Shown: positions 37,477 through 51,640, numbered from the whole stretch's first letter. The stretch is DNA of 63,820 nucleotides, filler included, from Octopus bimaculoides (GCF_001194135.2; 5 parts of 5 records of this genome joined end to end with filler, not necessarily neighbours in it), one strand, 5' to 3'. The notes: generated by a model not told the origin, from the letters alone. Made by a program: numbers and translations.

Positions 37477-37761
37477 CAGGGGTTTTCAAACTGTGGTCCG
37501 CGGACCACAGGGGGTCCGCAAGGACAAGACAGGGGGTCCGTGGACAGCAAATACTTTTTATGGGCAATTTGATTTTATATATGTTTTTTAATCGAAATCT
37601 TTTAATTGACAATAAACCTATTTGTTAAATACTGTTAAATAAATAAATGTAAAAATATATGTTATTTTAAGCAAATATTTATGTATAAATTTCAAAAGCG
37701 TTTATAAGGTAAAGCCTGAAATATAAAGGGGTCCGCAAGTCAAAAAGTTTGAAACCCCCTG
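37477..37761. mobile_element. hAT MITE with perfect 8-bp TSD
   Basis: 16-bp TIRs CAGGGGTTTTCAAACT / AGTTTGAAACCCCCTG (1 mismatch); TSD ATATACAC at 37469-76 and 37762-69. Confidence 0.92.
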
Positions 37762-38407
37762 ATATACACATAACAGTAAATGGGCTCTGGTGGAATGCCT
37801 TTGTTCATAAAACAGCTCGATCAGAGCTGAATTGTAATGCAATTAAACAACAACAACAGCGGCAGCAGAGACAGCAGTAAATGCCGAGCGAACAGTAACA
37901 GCAGCAATTTCAGTGATACATTTCTAATAAGTAAAACAACAGCTTGAACATAACTTCATCGAGATAATGATAGAAAGAACATGGTAGGCATAACCAACAA
38001 CACTTATAAGCCTTACACTTTAACGTAACTCTATAACCCTCGTTCATCATACATGTCGTAGTAAAGTAAGCTATGATTATTTCTTGGGTTTAGAGGTGAG
38101 AAGTTTTGGCTTACAAATGATAAATTGTTATGAATCTCGAGCTTTACAACTGATCTCAAGCAAGTCGTAATATTTGAAATAATAACAAGATACTACTGAA
38201 AGTTTCAGCAGCCGTTAGTAATCACAAAATCACATAAGTAACTGGATCCAAATCCAATTTTGTACTTTGTCATCTGAATACTACATAACATTCAGGACAT
38301 TATATATNNNNNNNNNNNNNNNNNNNNNNNNNNNNNNNNNNNNNNNNNNNNTTAATTAATTAANNNNNNNNNNNNNNNNNNNNNNNNNNNNNNNNNNNNN
38401 NNNNNNN

Positions 38408-38540
38408 AAAACTGTACAAATCCAAATATATGGTACCCTAGGCATAACACCTACATGAACTTCTAACTTGTTTTCTCTTGAGGTCTCTGGGTGAGACTTG
38501 GATCCAACTTGTACAAATGCAAAACAAAAGTCAAACATAA

Positions 38541-38617
<77 letters not shown>

Positions 38618-38885
38618 GTTAAGCAGTTGTGGCCGATGAAAAAGGTAGTAGTAGTACCAAATAATTGTCGGAGTCCTGGGAACAGTGAGCAAAAATCTCG
38701 AGAAGTACGTGGAACATATTGGGGCTGCAATAAGGGTGGAGCACTTTTAGAAAACAGCACTGCTTGGAACCGCTCGAATACTCCGGAAGGTGCTCGAAAA
38801 ATAAGAGGTGTTACCTTAGTTAACTGGTAGGAAACATCTAACACTGTAGTACATCACCAGCGTTAGAAGCTGCGCAAAGGCAATG

Positions 38886-38955
<70 letters not shown>

Positions 38956-38983
38956 CAACAATAATAACAACAACAACAACAGC

Positions 38984-39059
<76 letters not shown>

Positions 39060-39265
39060 GTGATGATCATGATGATACTGATAATGTTCAAGTGTGAAGG
39101 TAGAACACTTACAAATATCAGCATTGCTTGGAACTGCAAGAATTCTTCGCAGGGTTCTTGAAGCATGATCAGTAAACAAGTGTCACCTTAGTCTGCTGGC
39201 TGTGGACAGCTAACACTTTCCATAATACCTAGCAAAATAAACTGTGAATTTTAATATAACAATAA
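38408..39265 (+). mobile_element. Three stacked 3' ends of R4/Dong-like LINEs separated by (AAT)/(AAC)/(GAT)n
   Basis: 38408-38540 (putative 3'UTR ending aaacataaa-AATn); 38616-38883 (VKQLWPMKKVVVVP..., homologous to 47955-48140); 39080-39265 (EHLQISALLGTARILRRVLEA* plus UTR). Confidence 0.75.
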
Positions 39266-39269
39266 CATT

Positions 39270-39745
39270 ATACCCTTATGCAACACCAGGCACTGGTTCT
39301 CATTGCTCCAGATTTTAACCTATGGGAAGTGTTAACAAGTACATATTTTATCTCAGTATAAGAGATGGGCCACAGCAAATATTCTGTTCAATACCAGGCA
39401 TTTGCTTGTCAGTTCCTTGCCCTTAACAGTTAGGCGTCCTCCTTAATGGCTGACGTTATATACATATCTGATCACGACCAGAAGTAGTAGTTGAGCATCA
39501 TAATCATGTGTTGAAAGGGGTTCTATGAAGTTTGAATAATTAAACCCTGGAAATATATGTGCTTTGTTCATCATCCTTAAACGACCTTTATTTAGGGACG
39601 TTTTGAGAGGGATAGACTACTGACCGGAAGAAAATTCTAACTAGGTTCCTCCTGAAAGACCATGCATTGTTTTCTTTTGATATGACATCACCATGTTATG
39701 CACATATCGTTTTGATGCATGTACCTGGTGTACCCCTATCAGACG
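39270..39745 (-). repeat. Unclassified ~470-bp interspersed repeat, copy 1
   Basis: Reverse complement aligns to 45047-45518 (e.g. catgtacctggtgtacccctatcagac vs gtctgataagggtacaccaggcacatg; cagcaaatatt; tacatgat/aacacttcc). Strand is relative only. Confidence 0.75.
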
Positions 39746-39827
39746 GATAATCGCTGTGGATATATTGGGTTTGGTATATTTATACTCTAGTGTCAGTTTG
39801 ATGGCGTACACTACTCTCTCGATCAAT

Positions 39828-39902
<75 letters not shown>

Positions 39903-39920
39903 CACTACTACTACTACTAC

Positions 39921-39964
<44 letters not shown>

Positions 39965-40099
39965 ATTAATTCTAATAAGCACTATGGTATAGCTGGCGTG
40001 CGGGGTGGGGTCACTAGGATAGAGACCAGTTAGTGTGGGTATTTACATAAAGCACGGTATGAAAGAAATGGAAAAGATGTTGAGATGAGAGTTAAGTAT

Positions 40100-40500
40100 A
40101 TACAGTGTGGAAATATGTTCACCACGTACTTTCACTGCACCACCGAACACAGCTCTGTGTACCTTCGGTATGTGCTGTGGTGTGTTGTGGTGCTCTTATT
40201 TTCACTGTATTGAAAGAGCCTTATGTATAATATGTGCTGTGCCTAGTAGTGCTATTTTCTGCATGTTATATACACCTGTATTTCCTGCTGTTTTGGTTAT
40301 ACATTTGAATATTTTTTGTCATACCTTACGCGCCTGATATTTTACCAGTTGTTTCTGGCTTTAGGCTCCCCTTTTGAGTTATCTCTATTTCCATATCATT
40401 GTATTTTGAAAGTTTCTCCTTTTCTTTTAGTAAAACATTGTCATCAGTTGGTATTCATACGTCGATTAGAAGGCATCTTTCTTCTTGGTGATCTCTGACA
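40100..40500 (-). mobile_element. R4/Dong-like LINE 3' fragment (family shared with 44550 and 47345)
   Basis: rc encodes MPSNRRMNT.., SKYNDMEIE..LKPETTG.., QKIALLGTAHIIHKALSIQ-type C-terminus, and a 3'UTR matching 47345-47460. Confidence 0.8.
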
Positions 40501-40538
40501 ATCATATCCGGTGATTCTTGTTGTTGTTGTTGTTGTCC

Positions 40539-40572
<34 letters not shown>

Positions 40573-40618
40573 GGTTGTTGTTGTTGTTGTTGTTGTTGTT
40601 GTTCTTCTTCTTCTTCTG

Positions 40619-40672
<54 letters not shown>

Positions 40673-40674
40673 TC

Positions 40675-40895
40675 TATTGGCAGAATCGTTAGCACGCCGG
40701 GCGAAATGCTTAGCGGTATTTCGTCTGTCGTTACGTTCTGAGTTCAAATTCCGCCGAGGTCGACTTTGCCTTTCATCCTTTCGGAGTCGATTAAATAAAT
40801 ACCAGTTACGCATTGGGGTCGATATAATCAGCTTAGTCCCTGTCTGTCCTTGTTTGTCCCCTCTATGCTTAGTCCCCTGTGGGCAATAAAGAAAT
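40675..40895 (+). mobile_element. SINE family A, full length (tail type as at 11339)
   Basis: ggcagaatcgttagcacgccgggcgaaatgcttagcggtatttcg...gagttcaaattccgccgagg...gtgggcaataaagaaata. Confidence 0.9.
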
Positions 40896-42049
40896 AAATT
40901 ATTATTATTATTATTGAGAAGACGGTGAGCTGGCAGAATCTTTAACACGCCGGGCAAAATGTTTGGCGATATTTTGTCGCCATTGGTCACTTTAATATCC
41001 AAAGAAGCATATGCGTCTCCAAATTTTCCATTGCAGCTCCTGCTGTGCATAAAACATCTGCAACTCACCCTTTTCAGGATTCATTGATAGAAATGTGAGA
41101 TTTTGCGGACCAATGACTCTGACCATCATGTATAGGAGTAACAATCTTAATTATGCAAAATCTTTTGAGCTACGAATATGTAATTATGATCCTATACAGT
41201 AGCACATGCATAATTCTGTGAGTTATCTTTATCAATTTCTCAATAATTTTTTTTCTGTTGGTGAGGTGAGAATTTAACATGAATATTCTATGATAAAATT
41301 TAAGAATTCAGCCTCGACTCCGGCAAAAATGAAGTAGAGATGCAGGAATCCATACATATATACGCATTGTTTTATAGATTATTTCATCGTATCAAGTTCC
41401 AATATTTTGTCAAGGTATAATCGCATAAAATTTAATATAAGAGAAGCTTAGGAATTATTCTTCCCATATTAATTACTGCTTTTATTGCAATGTAACGAAT
41501 ATATGAAAATAGCCATTAATTTGTTTGGAAGAGCCATATTATGAAGTATAGTATGAAATCAAAGCAATGAATTCAAAGCAATCTAGTATATGGAATATAT
41601 TAGATATTGGCTATTTCGGATTAAACTGGTCCGAAAAGCAAACTGAAAATTTCATTAATATTTACAGAATTTATGTCAAATTAAACCAAAATCTTTGTAA
41701 TCTACCATAAAACTCTACAGATACACACAAAAGCATTAAACAGATATATATTACCATAATCGCATATGCTTCGGTCTAGCGCTCCAATACGATCGAAGAA
41801 TACTATGAAATACATGACAGAAAGATAGCAAATCTATAAGTTCCAATTTTGTTACGTCATACGTAGTGAATATAAAACATTATTCAGTGCTAACACGTTG
41901 TCTATTAGTTAATCACTCACATATGCATGCATAAGTAACACAATCACTGCCTATATACCTATATATATTTTGTATGTATATGAATGTGTGTGTATATATC
42001 TGTGTGTGTTCATATGAGTGTGAATATATATGTCTATATGTATGTGTGT

Positions 42050-42122
<73 letters not shown>

Positions 42123-42954
42123 NNNNNNNNNNNNNNNNNNNNNNNNNNNNNNNNNNNNNNNNNNNNNNNNNNNNNNNNNNNNNNNNNNNNNNNNNNNNNN
42201 NNNNNNNNNNNNNNNNNNNNNNNNNNNNNNNNNNNNNNNNNNNNNNNNNNNNNNNNNNNNNNNNNNNNNNNNNNNNNNNNNNNNNNNNNNNNNNNNNNNN
42301 NNNNNNNNNNNNNNNNNNNNNNNNNNNNNNNNNNNNNNNNNNNNNNNNNNNNNNNNNNNNNNNNNNNNNNNNNNNNNNNNNNNNNNNNNNNNNNNNNNNN
42401 NNNNNNNNNNNNNNNNNNNNNNNNNNNNNNNNNNNNNNNNNNNNNNNNNNNNNNNNNNNNNNNNNNNNNNNNNNNNNNNNNNNNNNNNNNNNNNNNNNNN
42501 NNNNNNNNNNNNNNNNNNNNNNNNNNNNNNNNNNNNNNNNNNNNNNNNNNNNNNNNNNNNNNNNNNNNNNNNNNNNNNNNNNNNNNNNNNNNNNNNNNNN
42601 NNNNNNNNNNNNNNNNNNNNNNNNNNNNNNNNNNNNNNNNNNNNNNNNNNNNNNNNNNNNNNNNNNNNNNNNNNNNNNNNNNNNNNNNNNNNNNNNNNNN
42701 NNNNNNNNNNNNNNNNTATATATATATATGTAAAGAGCAAGATAGATAGATAGATATCTAAGCATAATTGTCTTAAAATCAGAAAGATCTGAGTTACATA
42801 AGTTGATAAAAATAGAGTAGCGAAAATAAAAGATCGAATGACGTAGTGACTGACAGACAAGTAGATAGAATCTCTAAGAGAAAAACGAAGATAGAGACAC
42901 AGAGGGAAAAAGCGAGAGGGAGAGAGGGAGAGAGAGAGAGAGAGAGAGAGAGGG

Positions 42955-43002
<48 letters not shown>

Positions 43003-43168
43003 AAGAGAGAGGAATGGGGGGAAACGAAAGAGAAATAGAGAACAAAAAGAAAAAACACCGCGTGTTTGTGTTACTACATATAGTAGATGCTGCTTTGGAT
43101 TTAAGGGGGTGGAATCTTCAATTTGATAATAATACTAATAATTCTAATAATAATAATACTAATAATTC

Positions 43169-43224
<56 letters not shown>

Positions 43225-43777
43225 TAGCAAGTGGGGTTATCCTTTAGAAAGTGAATGCACATTCAGATGGCCCTATCATGTTTTCCATCATATTCCATCA
43301 TGTTGCATATCCTTGTATTTTTATTATTCAAAGTTCAAAACGATAACGTCATTGAAAGTCGAAATATCCTGAAGTGTCATGAAAAGTGAGGTAATATTAA
43401 TGAATTTATTACAAATGACAACCTAAGAAACTTCGCAACTAAAGCAGTCGGTACACACAGCAGTAGATTTTCCAATACATTTTGCAACTGCTTCAGTTGC
43501 TACCTCTGCTGCTTCTACTGTTGTTGCAGCTACTTGTAGCTTTACTTTCAAACAACAGGTAATAGCATCGGCAGTATGGCACCAAAGGAGAAATGTCATT
43601 TTAACTACATCGATAATATCATGCCACCATACAGAATCTGCGATGCCAGCGACAGCAGAGACATGCGACATAGAGCCATGGCGACAGTGTGCATGGCGTC
43701 GGTTACAATTTTTAATGACATTATTATTTAATTATTTGCTTACGTATTTAAAACAGGTCCTTTGATTGGTAATTCTT

Positions 43778-44322
<545 letters not shown>

Positions 44323-44535
44323 AGACGGCGAGCTGACAGAATCTTCAGCATGCCGGGATAAATGCTTAGCGGCATTTTCGTCCTGTTTCAAGTTCTAAGT
44401 TGAAATTCCAACGAAGTCGACTTTGCCTTTAATCATTTAATCGGAAAAAAAATGTTGCAATTGGGTAATGGGCTCGATGTAATCGACTATCTCCTTCTGC
44501 CAAAATTCCAGGCCTTGTGTCTATAGTAGAGAGGA
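44323..44535 (+). mobile_element. SINE family A (diverged)
   Basis: gacggcgagctgacagaatc..aaatgcttagcggcattt..gtcgactttgccttt...ggccttgtgtctatagtag. Confidence 0.8.
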
Positions 44536-44549
44536 CTGTGATTACTATT

Positions 44550-44985
44550 ATTATTCAGTAGTTTTATTTATATAACGTGTGTTCACTGCACTACTGAGCG
44601 TAGCTCCGTGTGTCTTGGGTGTGTGTCGTATCTTGTTGTGATGCTCTTATACTTAATGTATTGAATATGATTTATGTAGGATGTGTGCGGTGCCTAATAG
44701 TGCTATTTTCTGTATATTATATATACTTGTTAGTCCTGGTATTTTTCTTATGCATTTGTTTGAATATTTGTTTTAATCATATCCAATGCGCCCACTATGA
44801 TAGGAATTGTGTCTGTTTTTAGACTCCACATTCGAGTTACCTCTATTCCCAGGTCTTTGTATTGTGCAAGTTTCTCCATTTATTTTAGAGAAACGTTGTC
44901 ATCTGTTGGTACTGATACATCACTTAGAAAGTATTTCTTTTTCTTCATGATCCCTGACAACTACATCTGGCTTATTGCCCTTAAT
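44550..44985 (-). mobile_element. R4/Dong-like LINE 3' fragment
   Basis: Homologous along its length to 40100-40500 and 47345-47570; RLE C-terminus plus 3'UTR ending in an (AAT)n-like tail. Confidence 0.8.
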
Positions 44986-45046
44986 TTCTTCTTCTTCTTC
45001 TTCTTTTTCTTCTTCTTCTTCTTCTTCTTCTTCTTCNNNNNNNNNN

Positions 45047-45518
45047 GTCTGATAAGGGTACACCAGGCACATGCATCACAACCATATGTGCACGACATGG
45101 TGATCTCATATCAAGATACACAGCGCATTACCTGCAGGTGGGGCCCAATTAGAATTGTCTTCAGGTTGAGTAGCCCATCTCGCTTAATGGGTCCCTGAAT
45201 AAGGGTTGTATGCGGATGTTGAACGAAACAACCATTTTTCCAAAAGTGAACTATCCAAACCCCAAATAATTCCTTTCAGCACATGGTTATGTTGCCCCTT
45301 CCCCACTACTTCTGCTCCTGATCAGAGATGCACATATCATCAGTCACTAAAGGACATGCTCAACTGGTTCAGGTCAATCAACTAACAATCAAATATGTAA
45401 TATTGCGCAGTATATTTGCTGCAGCTCATCTTTTATACTAAGACAAAACAATGTACATGATATCATTTCCAATCAGTTAAGATCAGAAGCCATGAGAGGA
45501 GTCACTGCATCAGGACAC
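45047..45518 (+). repeat. Unclassified ~470-bp interspersed repeat, copy 2, flanked on both sides by (TTC)n
   Basis: Homology to 39270-39745; (TTC)n at 44985-45036 and 45519-45618. Confidence 0.75.
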
Positions 45519-45554
45519 TTCTTCTTCTTCTTCTTCTTCTACTTCTTCTTCTTC

Positions 45555-45586
<32 letters not shown>

Positions 45587-45589
45587 CTT

Positions 45590-45661
<72 letters not shown>

Positions 45662-45664
<3 letters not shown>

Positions 45665-46225
45665 TTCTTTTTATCACACGTTTCTTCTTTTGATTTGCTT
45701 GGTGATTGTCTACTTTGCCTTCTATCCAATTCATCCTTAATGCTTGACATTGAGCAGCTACTAACAAACTTTCTGTCTCCTCTTTCAACTTTCCTTTCTA
45801 CAGCCATAGTCTCACAACTACTATTGCTGCATCCATCTTTGGGCACCTACCATGCAGCGCCTTCTCCTGTCAGATAATTTCTGTTGTTTTATCCGGATTT
45901 TAACTTTGTTGGGGTTTTTGGTTTCCTTGTCTTTCTGTTACTCTCGTAGCTTTAAACTTTATTCACTATAACTTTCATAGGAATCTATACCTATTCTAGC
46001 TAACTCCACTCAGTTTTCTAATGACAGTTACTGTCTTCCGCCTTCCCTTCTAGGTAAATCTAATGTTGCTACTTCTGCTCTTGTGTGGAGACTTCCATTC
46101 ATATTAAATTCCTTTCTAGTTCTTCTTTCTAGCTTTACATATTCAGATTTTGTCCAATCTATAAAAGCTGCTGGATATCTAAGTAATGATATTCTGAATC
46201 TGCTTCACTTTCACTTCTGAAAATG
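45662..46225 (-). mobile_element. R4/Dong-like LINE fragment (thumb/linker region)
   Basis: rc: LLRYPAAFIDWTKSEYVKLERRTRKEFNMNGSLHTRAEVATLDLPRREGG..; QEKALHG; LWL*KGKLKEETESLLVAAQCQALR. Confidence 0.85.
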
Positions 46226-46637
46226 CACGAGGAGAAATGTGTTTGCGGGTTATTAACATCACATCCTGGAGGAATGAATAAGATGACAGGAGAATATATT
46301 ATCAAATTTATACAAAACTGTCTGATTAAATATTCTTCTTTTTCCTTTCCTTTTCGCCTTTCCTTTTTTTCTGTCTTTCTTTGTCTTTTTCCTTTCGCGT
46401 TATATAAAATTTAAACTGATGATGCGATTCGATCAACGTGTGGACGCTGGTTGCTCTTGTGCATACTTTAAATTCAAATTTCTATAGTTTTGAATTTGCA
46501 TGACTTCTTATTTTGAACAAGACAAAGACAGACTTACTGTCGAAATTTCGTTCAACCAATAAAATATATTACAATCAAATCGCGCTCTTCGTGTTGACTG
46601 TTTACCTTTGTGAAAAGTTACGTCAATCCTTTTAAAA

Positions 46638-46681
<44 letters not shown>

Positions 46682-46697
46682 GTAGTAGTAGTAGTAG

Positions 46698-46880
46698 GAA
46701 GACGGCGAGATAAAAGAATCATTACCACGCCGGCAAAAATGTTTAACAGCGTTTCATCCCGTTTTACTTTCTGAGTTCCTGCAGTAGTCGACTTTACCTT
46801 TCCTTCTTTCGGGTTCCATAAAATAACTGACAAACACGTTCTGGAGTCGATGCAATCGGCTTAACCCCTCCCGCAAAATC
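46698..46880 (+). mobile_element. SINE family A (diverged)
   Basis: gacggcgag...acgccggcaaaaatg...ctgagttcc...gtcgactttaccttt. Confidence 0.7.
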
Positions 46881-47344
46881 GTCTGTGTTTTAACCAAATT
46901 TTAAAGCATTACTTTTATTATCGTTCACACCGCATTTCATTGGCATCCGGCAAATATTACATTGCCAACTGTCAAGTAGCATTGTGCAAACTTAATTTTG
47001 TAGCACACTTCTTATTGACCTTGTAGTGCCAAGCAAACAGGCTTTTTGTTATTAGTATTCTGTTCTTATAGTATCAGCCATTTCATTTCCATATCTAACC
47101 TCCTCAAACAATCCTTCAATCCACATTTAACTGCTACTAATGTCTCTTTTATATTTCAGCTAATGGTAACTTTATGACAATTCCAGTTCCTTTGAAGTTT
47201 GCACTTTTAGTCCTGGTATTTTCTTATTTTCTCACCTCTTTAAACCTCGTTTGCATCAAAAATACGCGCAACATCGATAAAGCAACACAGTTTTCCACTA
47301 TAGATTACACAAATATATTGGCATGGATTTTCTACTTCTTATCT

Positions 47345-47574
47345 GTGTGCTATTATTATTATTATTATTGTTCAGTAGTTTTATTTTTATAATGTGCTTT
47401 CACTTCCCTACCGAGCGCAGCTCTGTGCGCCTTGGGTATGTGCTGTTGTTTGCTGTGGTGTTCTTATGGTTACTGTATTGAAAGTGTTTTGCGTAGGATG
47501 TGTGCAGTGCCCAGTAGTGTAATTTTCTGTATGTTATATATAAAAAAATATATTATTATTATTATTATTATTAT
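47345..47574 (-). mobile_element. R4/Dong-like LINE 3' end with (AAT)n tail
   Basis: rc IQKITLLGTAHILRKTLSIQ* plus a 3'UTR shared with 40100 and 44550. Confidence 0.85.
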
Positions 47575-47953
47575 NNNNNNNNNNNNNNNNNNNNNNNNNN
47601 NNNNNNNNNNNNNNNNNNNNNNNNNNNNNNNNNNNNNNNNNNNNNNNNNNNNNNNNNNNNNNNNNNNNNNNNNNNNNNNNNNNNNNNNNNNNNNNNNNNN
47701 NNNNNNNNNNNNNNNNNNNNNNNNNNNNNNNNNNNNNNNNNNNNNNNNNNNNNNNNNNNNNNNNNNNNNNNNNNNNNNNNNNNNNNNNNNNNNNNNNNNN
47801 NNNNNNNNNNNNNNNNNNNNNNNNNNNNNNNNNNNNNNNNNNNNNNNNNNNNNNNNNNNNNNNNNNNNNNNNNNNNNNNNNNNNNNNNNNNNNNNNNNNN
47901 NNNNNNNNNNNNNNNNNNNNNNNNNNNNNNNNNNNNNNNNNNNNNNNNNNNNN

Positions 47954-48375
47954 CTAAGGTAACACCTCTTATTTTTCGAGCACCTTCGGGAGTATTCGAT
48001 CGGTTCCAAGTAGTGGTGTTTTCTGCAAATGCTCCATCCTTATTGCAGCCCCTATATGTTCCACGTACTTCTCGAAATTTATGCTCATTGTTCCCAGGGC
48101 TCAGACAATTATTGGTACTACTGCTACCTTTTTCATCGATCACAACTACTTAACTTCCCAAGCTAACCTGTCATAACTCTCGACTTTTCTTTCTTCCTTA
48201 TCACATGCCTTCTTCTCGGCTGGGCATGCTATATCTATGATCCAGCATAGTTTGTTTTCTTTCTCAATTAAGACTATGTCTGGCTTCCTATTTTCTATCT
48301 CATGGTTGCACTGAATCATAAAATCCCATCGGATCTTGTTGTTGTTGTCATTTGTATTTTGTTTTACTTCTCAGA
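47954..48375 (-). mobile_element. R4/Dong-like LINE RLE fragment (family of 38616-38883)
   Basis: rc WDFMIQCNHEIENRKPDIVLIEKENKLCWIIDIACP...; nucleotide match to 38616-38820. Confidence 0.85.
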
Positions 48376-48379
48376 ACAT

Positions 48380-49700
48380 TGCGTATTGTTTGTTCTGACA
48401 GATTCTGTGAGAGCGCACAGCAGCCTGCCCGTCAGAGGTCTCACAAGGTCTCTTTCTGCACATTATAACCTTTGATACTTGCTTGCTAATTATCGTGGAA
48501 GCATTCAACATCCAAATAACAATCTCAATATCCTAGCTGTTCCCAACAGATCAGTTTTGGGAGCTTGCTCTGCTCTCATGTCAATTCTGATTTCTTTGAC
48601 ATATTTCTCGAACTTGGTTGTTAGTGCTCCGAATGCCCCTACAACTACTGGAATGACTGACACTCTCCTCAGTCCACATTCTTGCAATTTCGTCTTCCAG
48701 TAGACTGTACTTTTCAATATATATTCATCTTGTTTCTTAAATGTTTGTGGGTGCATCGCATTTTCGGTAGGTATTATATTGTTAATCCCAACAGCGGCAA
48801 GCAAAAATTCACTCTGCAGGTGTATGTACCAACCCAGACTGTTCTCGTTGATAACACAGATTTTGCATCCTATGAGACCTCACCCGCTCCTCTTTCCAGG
48901 CAAATATCAGTATCGCTTTTGATGTGTAGTTCCTTGTTAATTCTTATAACTTTTCTCAGTTGCCTGTCCGTTTCCCCAAGCTCGTTCTTTGTCCACTTAA
49001 CAATCGTTGCGCCGTATCACATTAAGGAAACAACTCATGTGTTCATTGCCCTCATTTTGTTTTTTTTATCGCGTCTAATTTCCATAATTAACCTGGTTCT
49101 TCTGAGATATCATCGCCTAAAACTTTCCTTCATATAATTTTCCTTGAGTTTGTTGTATTCTAAAATCCCCATATATGTATATCCATTGCCTCAATATCCT
49201 TTGTTTCTTCTCACTGTTGGGTAGCTCTACACCATCAGACCACACTATTTGTCTCTTTGTAATATAAGCATACCACACTTTTTAGTCCAAAATTTCATTC
49301 CGATATCCTTTCTGAATATCTGCATTGTTGAACCTAGGCCATTAATTTCCCGTTCAGTCTTTCCCCCACTTTTTAAGGTGTACTCCGATGCTACTTTTCG
49401 TAGTATACGTGTGAGGGGTATCATACAAATCACAAACAGCAATGGTGATAGGCTATCTCCTTGAAATATGTCTCTCTTGATGATAACTGTCACCAAAAAT
49501 TTTCCACACGAAGTTAACACTGTGTTCCAGTTTTTATTGATCTCATAAAATTTGATAAGTTATCAGACACCTGTACAAGCTCAAGACTTTCTAAAATCCA
49601 GGAATGGAGGACCATGTCACACTCTTTCTTATAATCGATCCACGCCATGCCCAGATTAGTAAGTCTTTTCTTGCAGTCGTTCAGTACCTTTCTGTCTATC
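48380..49700 (-). mobile_element. R4/Dong-like LINE, internally deleted (RT pieces, RLE end, 3'UTR)
   Basis: rc IFQGDSLSPLLFVICMIPLT; GMKF..KKCGMLIL; VSVIPVVVGAFG..FEKYVKEI...LLGTARILR. Confidence 0.85.
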
Positions 49701-49796
49701 AGGAGTTGGTATTTTGTTCACCCTTTCTGTTCCACAGGCAATTTGTCATTCATTTCCAGGAAGTTATACACATAATTCGATATTATTCCTGTCATG

Positions 49797-49857
<61 letters not shown>

Positions 49858-49859
49858 TC

Positions 49860-50720
49860 ATTTGACTCATGTTCGGTCTTATTCCTCGCAGGATTTATGT
49901 GGGCAGCGTGTTATTACCGCTAACCTTAGGTATCCACTAGTTTACAATAGTCTTTCAATTGCTTACAACACTCTCGATAATCTATCCTCTTCCTAAGAGG
50001 TACACATTCAGTAGAAACTCTACAGGATATATTGGTCCGTTGTCACTCAACCATTCGTCTATATATGTGCTTACAGTTCCCAATGCACCAATTATTATAG
50101 GTACAACCTTTATAGTAGTTTCCATATTCAAAATTCTTGCAATTTCAAATTTTAAGGGATTGAATTTTCATTTGTTTTCGTCTCCTTTGTTGATGATCCT
50201 GGAACCAAATGCATATGATGAATCACTTAGTAAGCAACTTCGCTTTTCCTTGTCTATTATTGTTATGTTTATATTCTATATTATATTCTTCCTTCATGGA
50301 TAGGAAACTCCCGCAAATCTTACAAAATCTTTCAACTCCAGCACACTTTCGACCCGATCTTCTTACCAAGTGTCTCCATTTTCGAATCTCCATTTCTGTC
50401 AAAGATTCCAGTGTAAAATTTTACAACTTGTTCATGTTTCCATTTATTATATTCTTCCTGTGCCAACTTAGGACATTCTGCAAAAATGTGTGCCACTGTC
50501 TCCTTCCAAGTTGCACAGACACTAAATTTTTTTGACACATTCTCCCCACATACATTTTTTTTCTCAAGTTGTTTGTTTTTATCACTTGATCATCGGCTGC
50601 TACAATTAAACTCTTTGTTTATTTTTTATTGTCTTGTTTTTAACCAAGCCCTTGGTTATTTGATTATTACCGCTTGCGTTCTTTCATGGGGACTCTTCAG
50701 ATAAGTTTTACACAAAATTT
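49860..50720 (-). mobile_element. R4/Dong-like LINE 3' portion with (TGA)n tail
   Basis: rc ETVAHIFAECPKLAQEEYNKWKHEQV (zinc knuckle region) and VVPIIIGALGTV (RLE end), followed by the (CAT)n tract 49798-49857. Confidence 0.82.
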
Positions 50721-51502
50721 CTTTACATTCTATACAAATGGAGAAGAAGTTGCTGTTATTGTTTGGTTAAGAAAATTATTCTCTCCTCCTCTCCTCCCTT
50801 CTTTCTCTTTTCTCCATTTCTAAACAAAACAACAAACTCTTTTCGATTTGTATAAAAGCAAAGAAATATTCTGTAAAACTTATCTGAAGAATCTCCATGA
50901 ACGGATGAAAGCGCTAATAAACAATTATTCAAAATTTTGCTTGTCACCGTTTTCTTAATATAAAATATCTGTACATCACTTCAAACACTCTATACATACA
51001 TACATACATACATACGTGCGTACGTACATACATACATACGTACATACATACATACATACACACATACATACATATATGTATGTATGTGCGTGTATGTAAG
51101 TATGTGTATATGTATGTATGCGTGTGTGTACGTATACACTGTAAATTGATGTTTTCATGGCTGTCATCTAACAAACTGAAATCTACCTGTCTCATAAGCA
51201 GTGGTGGTAGAGCTGTGCATCTTCTCTGTGTATATCCCTCGTCTGTCAGATAATGCCTTCTGAGGGATCATTCTCTTTACACACATCACGCTATTTTCTT
51301 CGTATACTTACTGGTTTCGTATTTTTAGTGTTCGGGTTACTGCTTTCTAGATAATAGAGTCTCACTTCCACCACTGTACGTAATATATCGCTATTTTATA
51401 TCACAGCTAGCTTTATTTCGTAGCTATATTGTGAAAAGTGTTACTGTCGTGACAATCCGGATTTGAGTGGAATATGTGACAAAACTATCTAACGTTTTAT
51501 TC

Positions 51503-51640
51503 CAGGCGCGTAGCGTAGGTTGTTGGACTCACGATCATAAGATTGTTGTTTCGATTCCTGGACCAGGCGATGCGTTGTGTTCTTGAGCAGAATACTTGAT
51601 TTCACGTTGCTCCAGTTAACTCAGTTGTAGAAATGAGTTT
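51503..51640 (+). mobile_element. SINE family D 5' part, truncated by gap
   Basis: ggactcacgatcataagattgttgtttcgattcctggaccaggcgatgcgttgtgttcttgagcag..ttcacgttgctccag. Confidence 0.8.

Noticed and set aside
43423-43700. GC-richer segment with ORF 43423-43671 as a coding exon
   Set aside because: No recognisable domain in any frame; it grades into the adjacent trinucleotide array.
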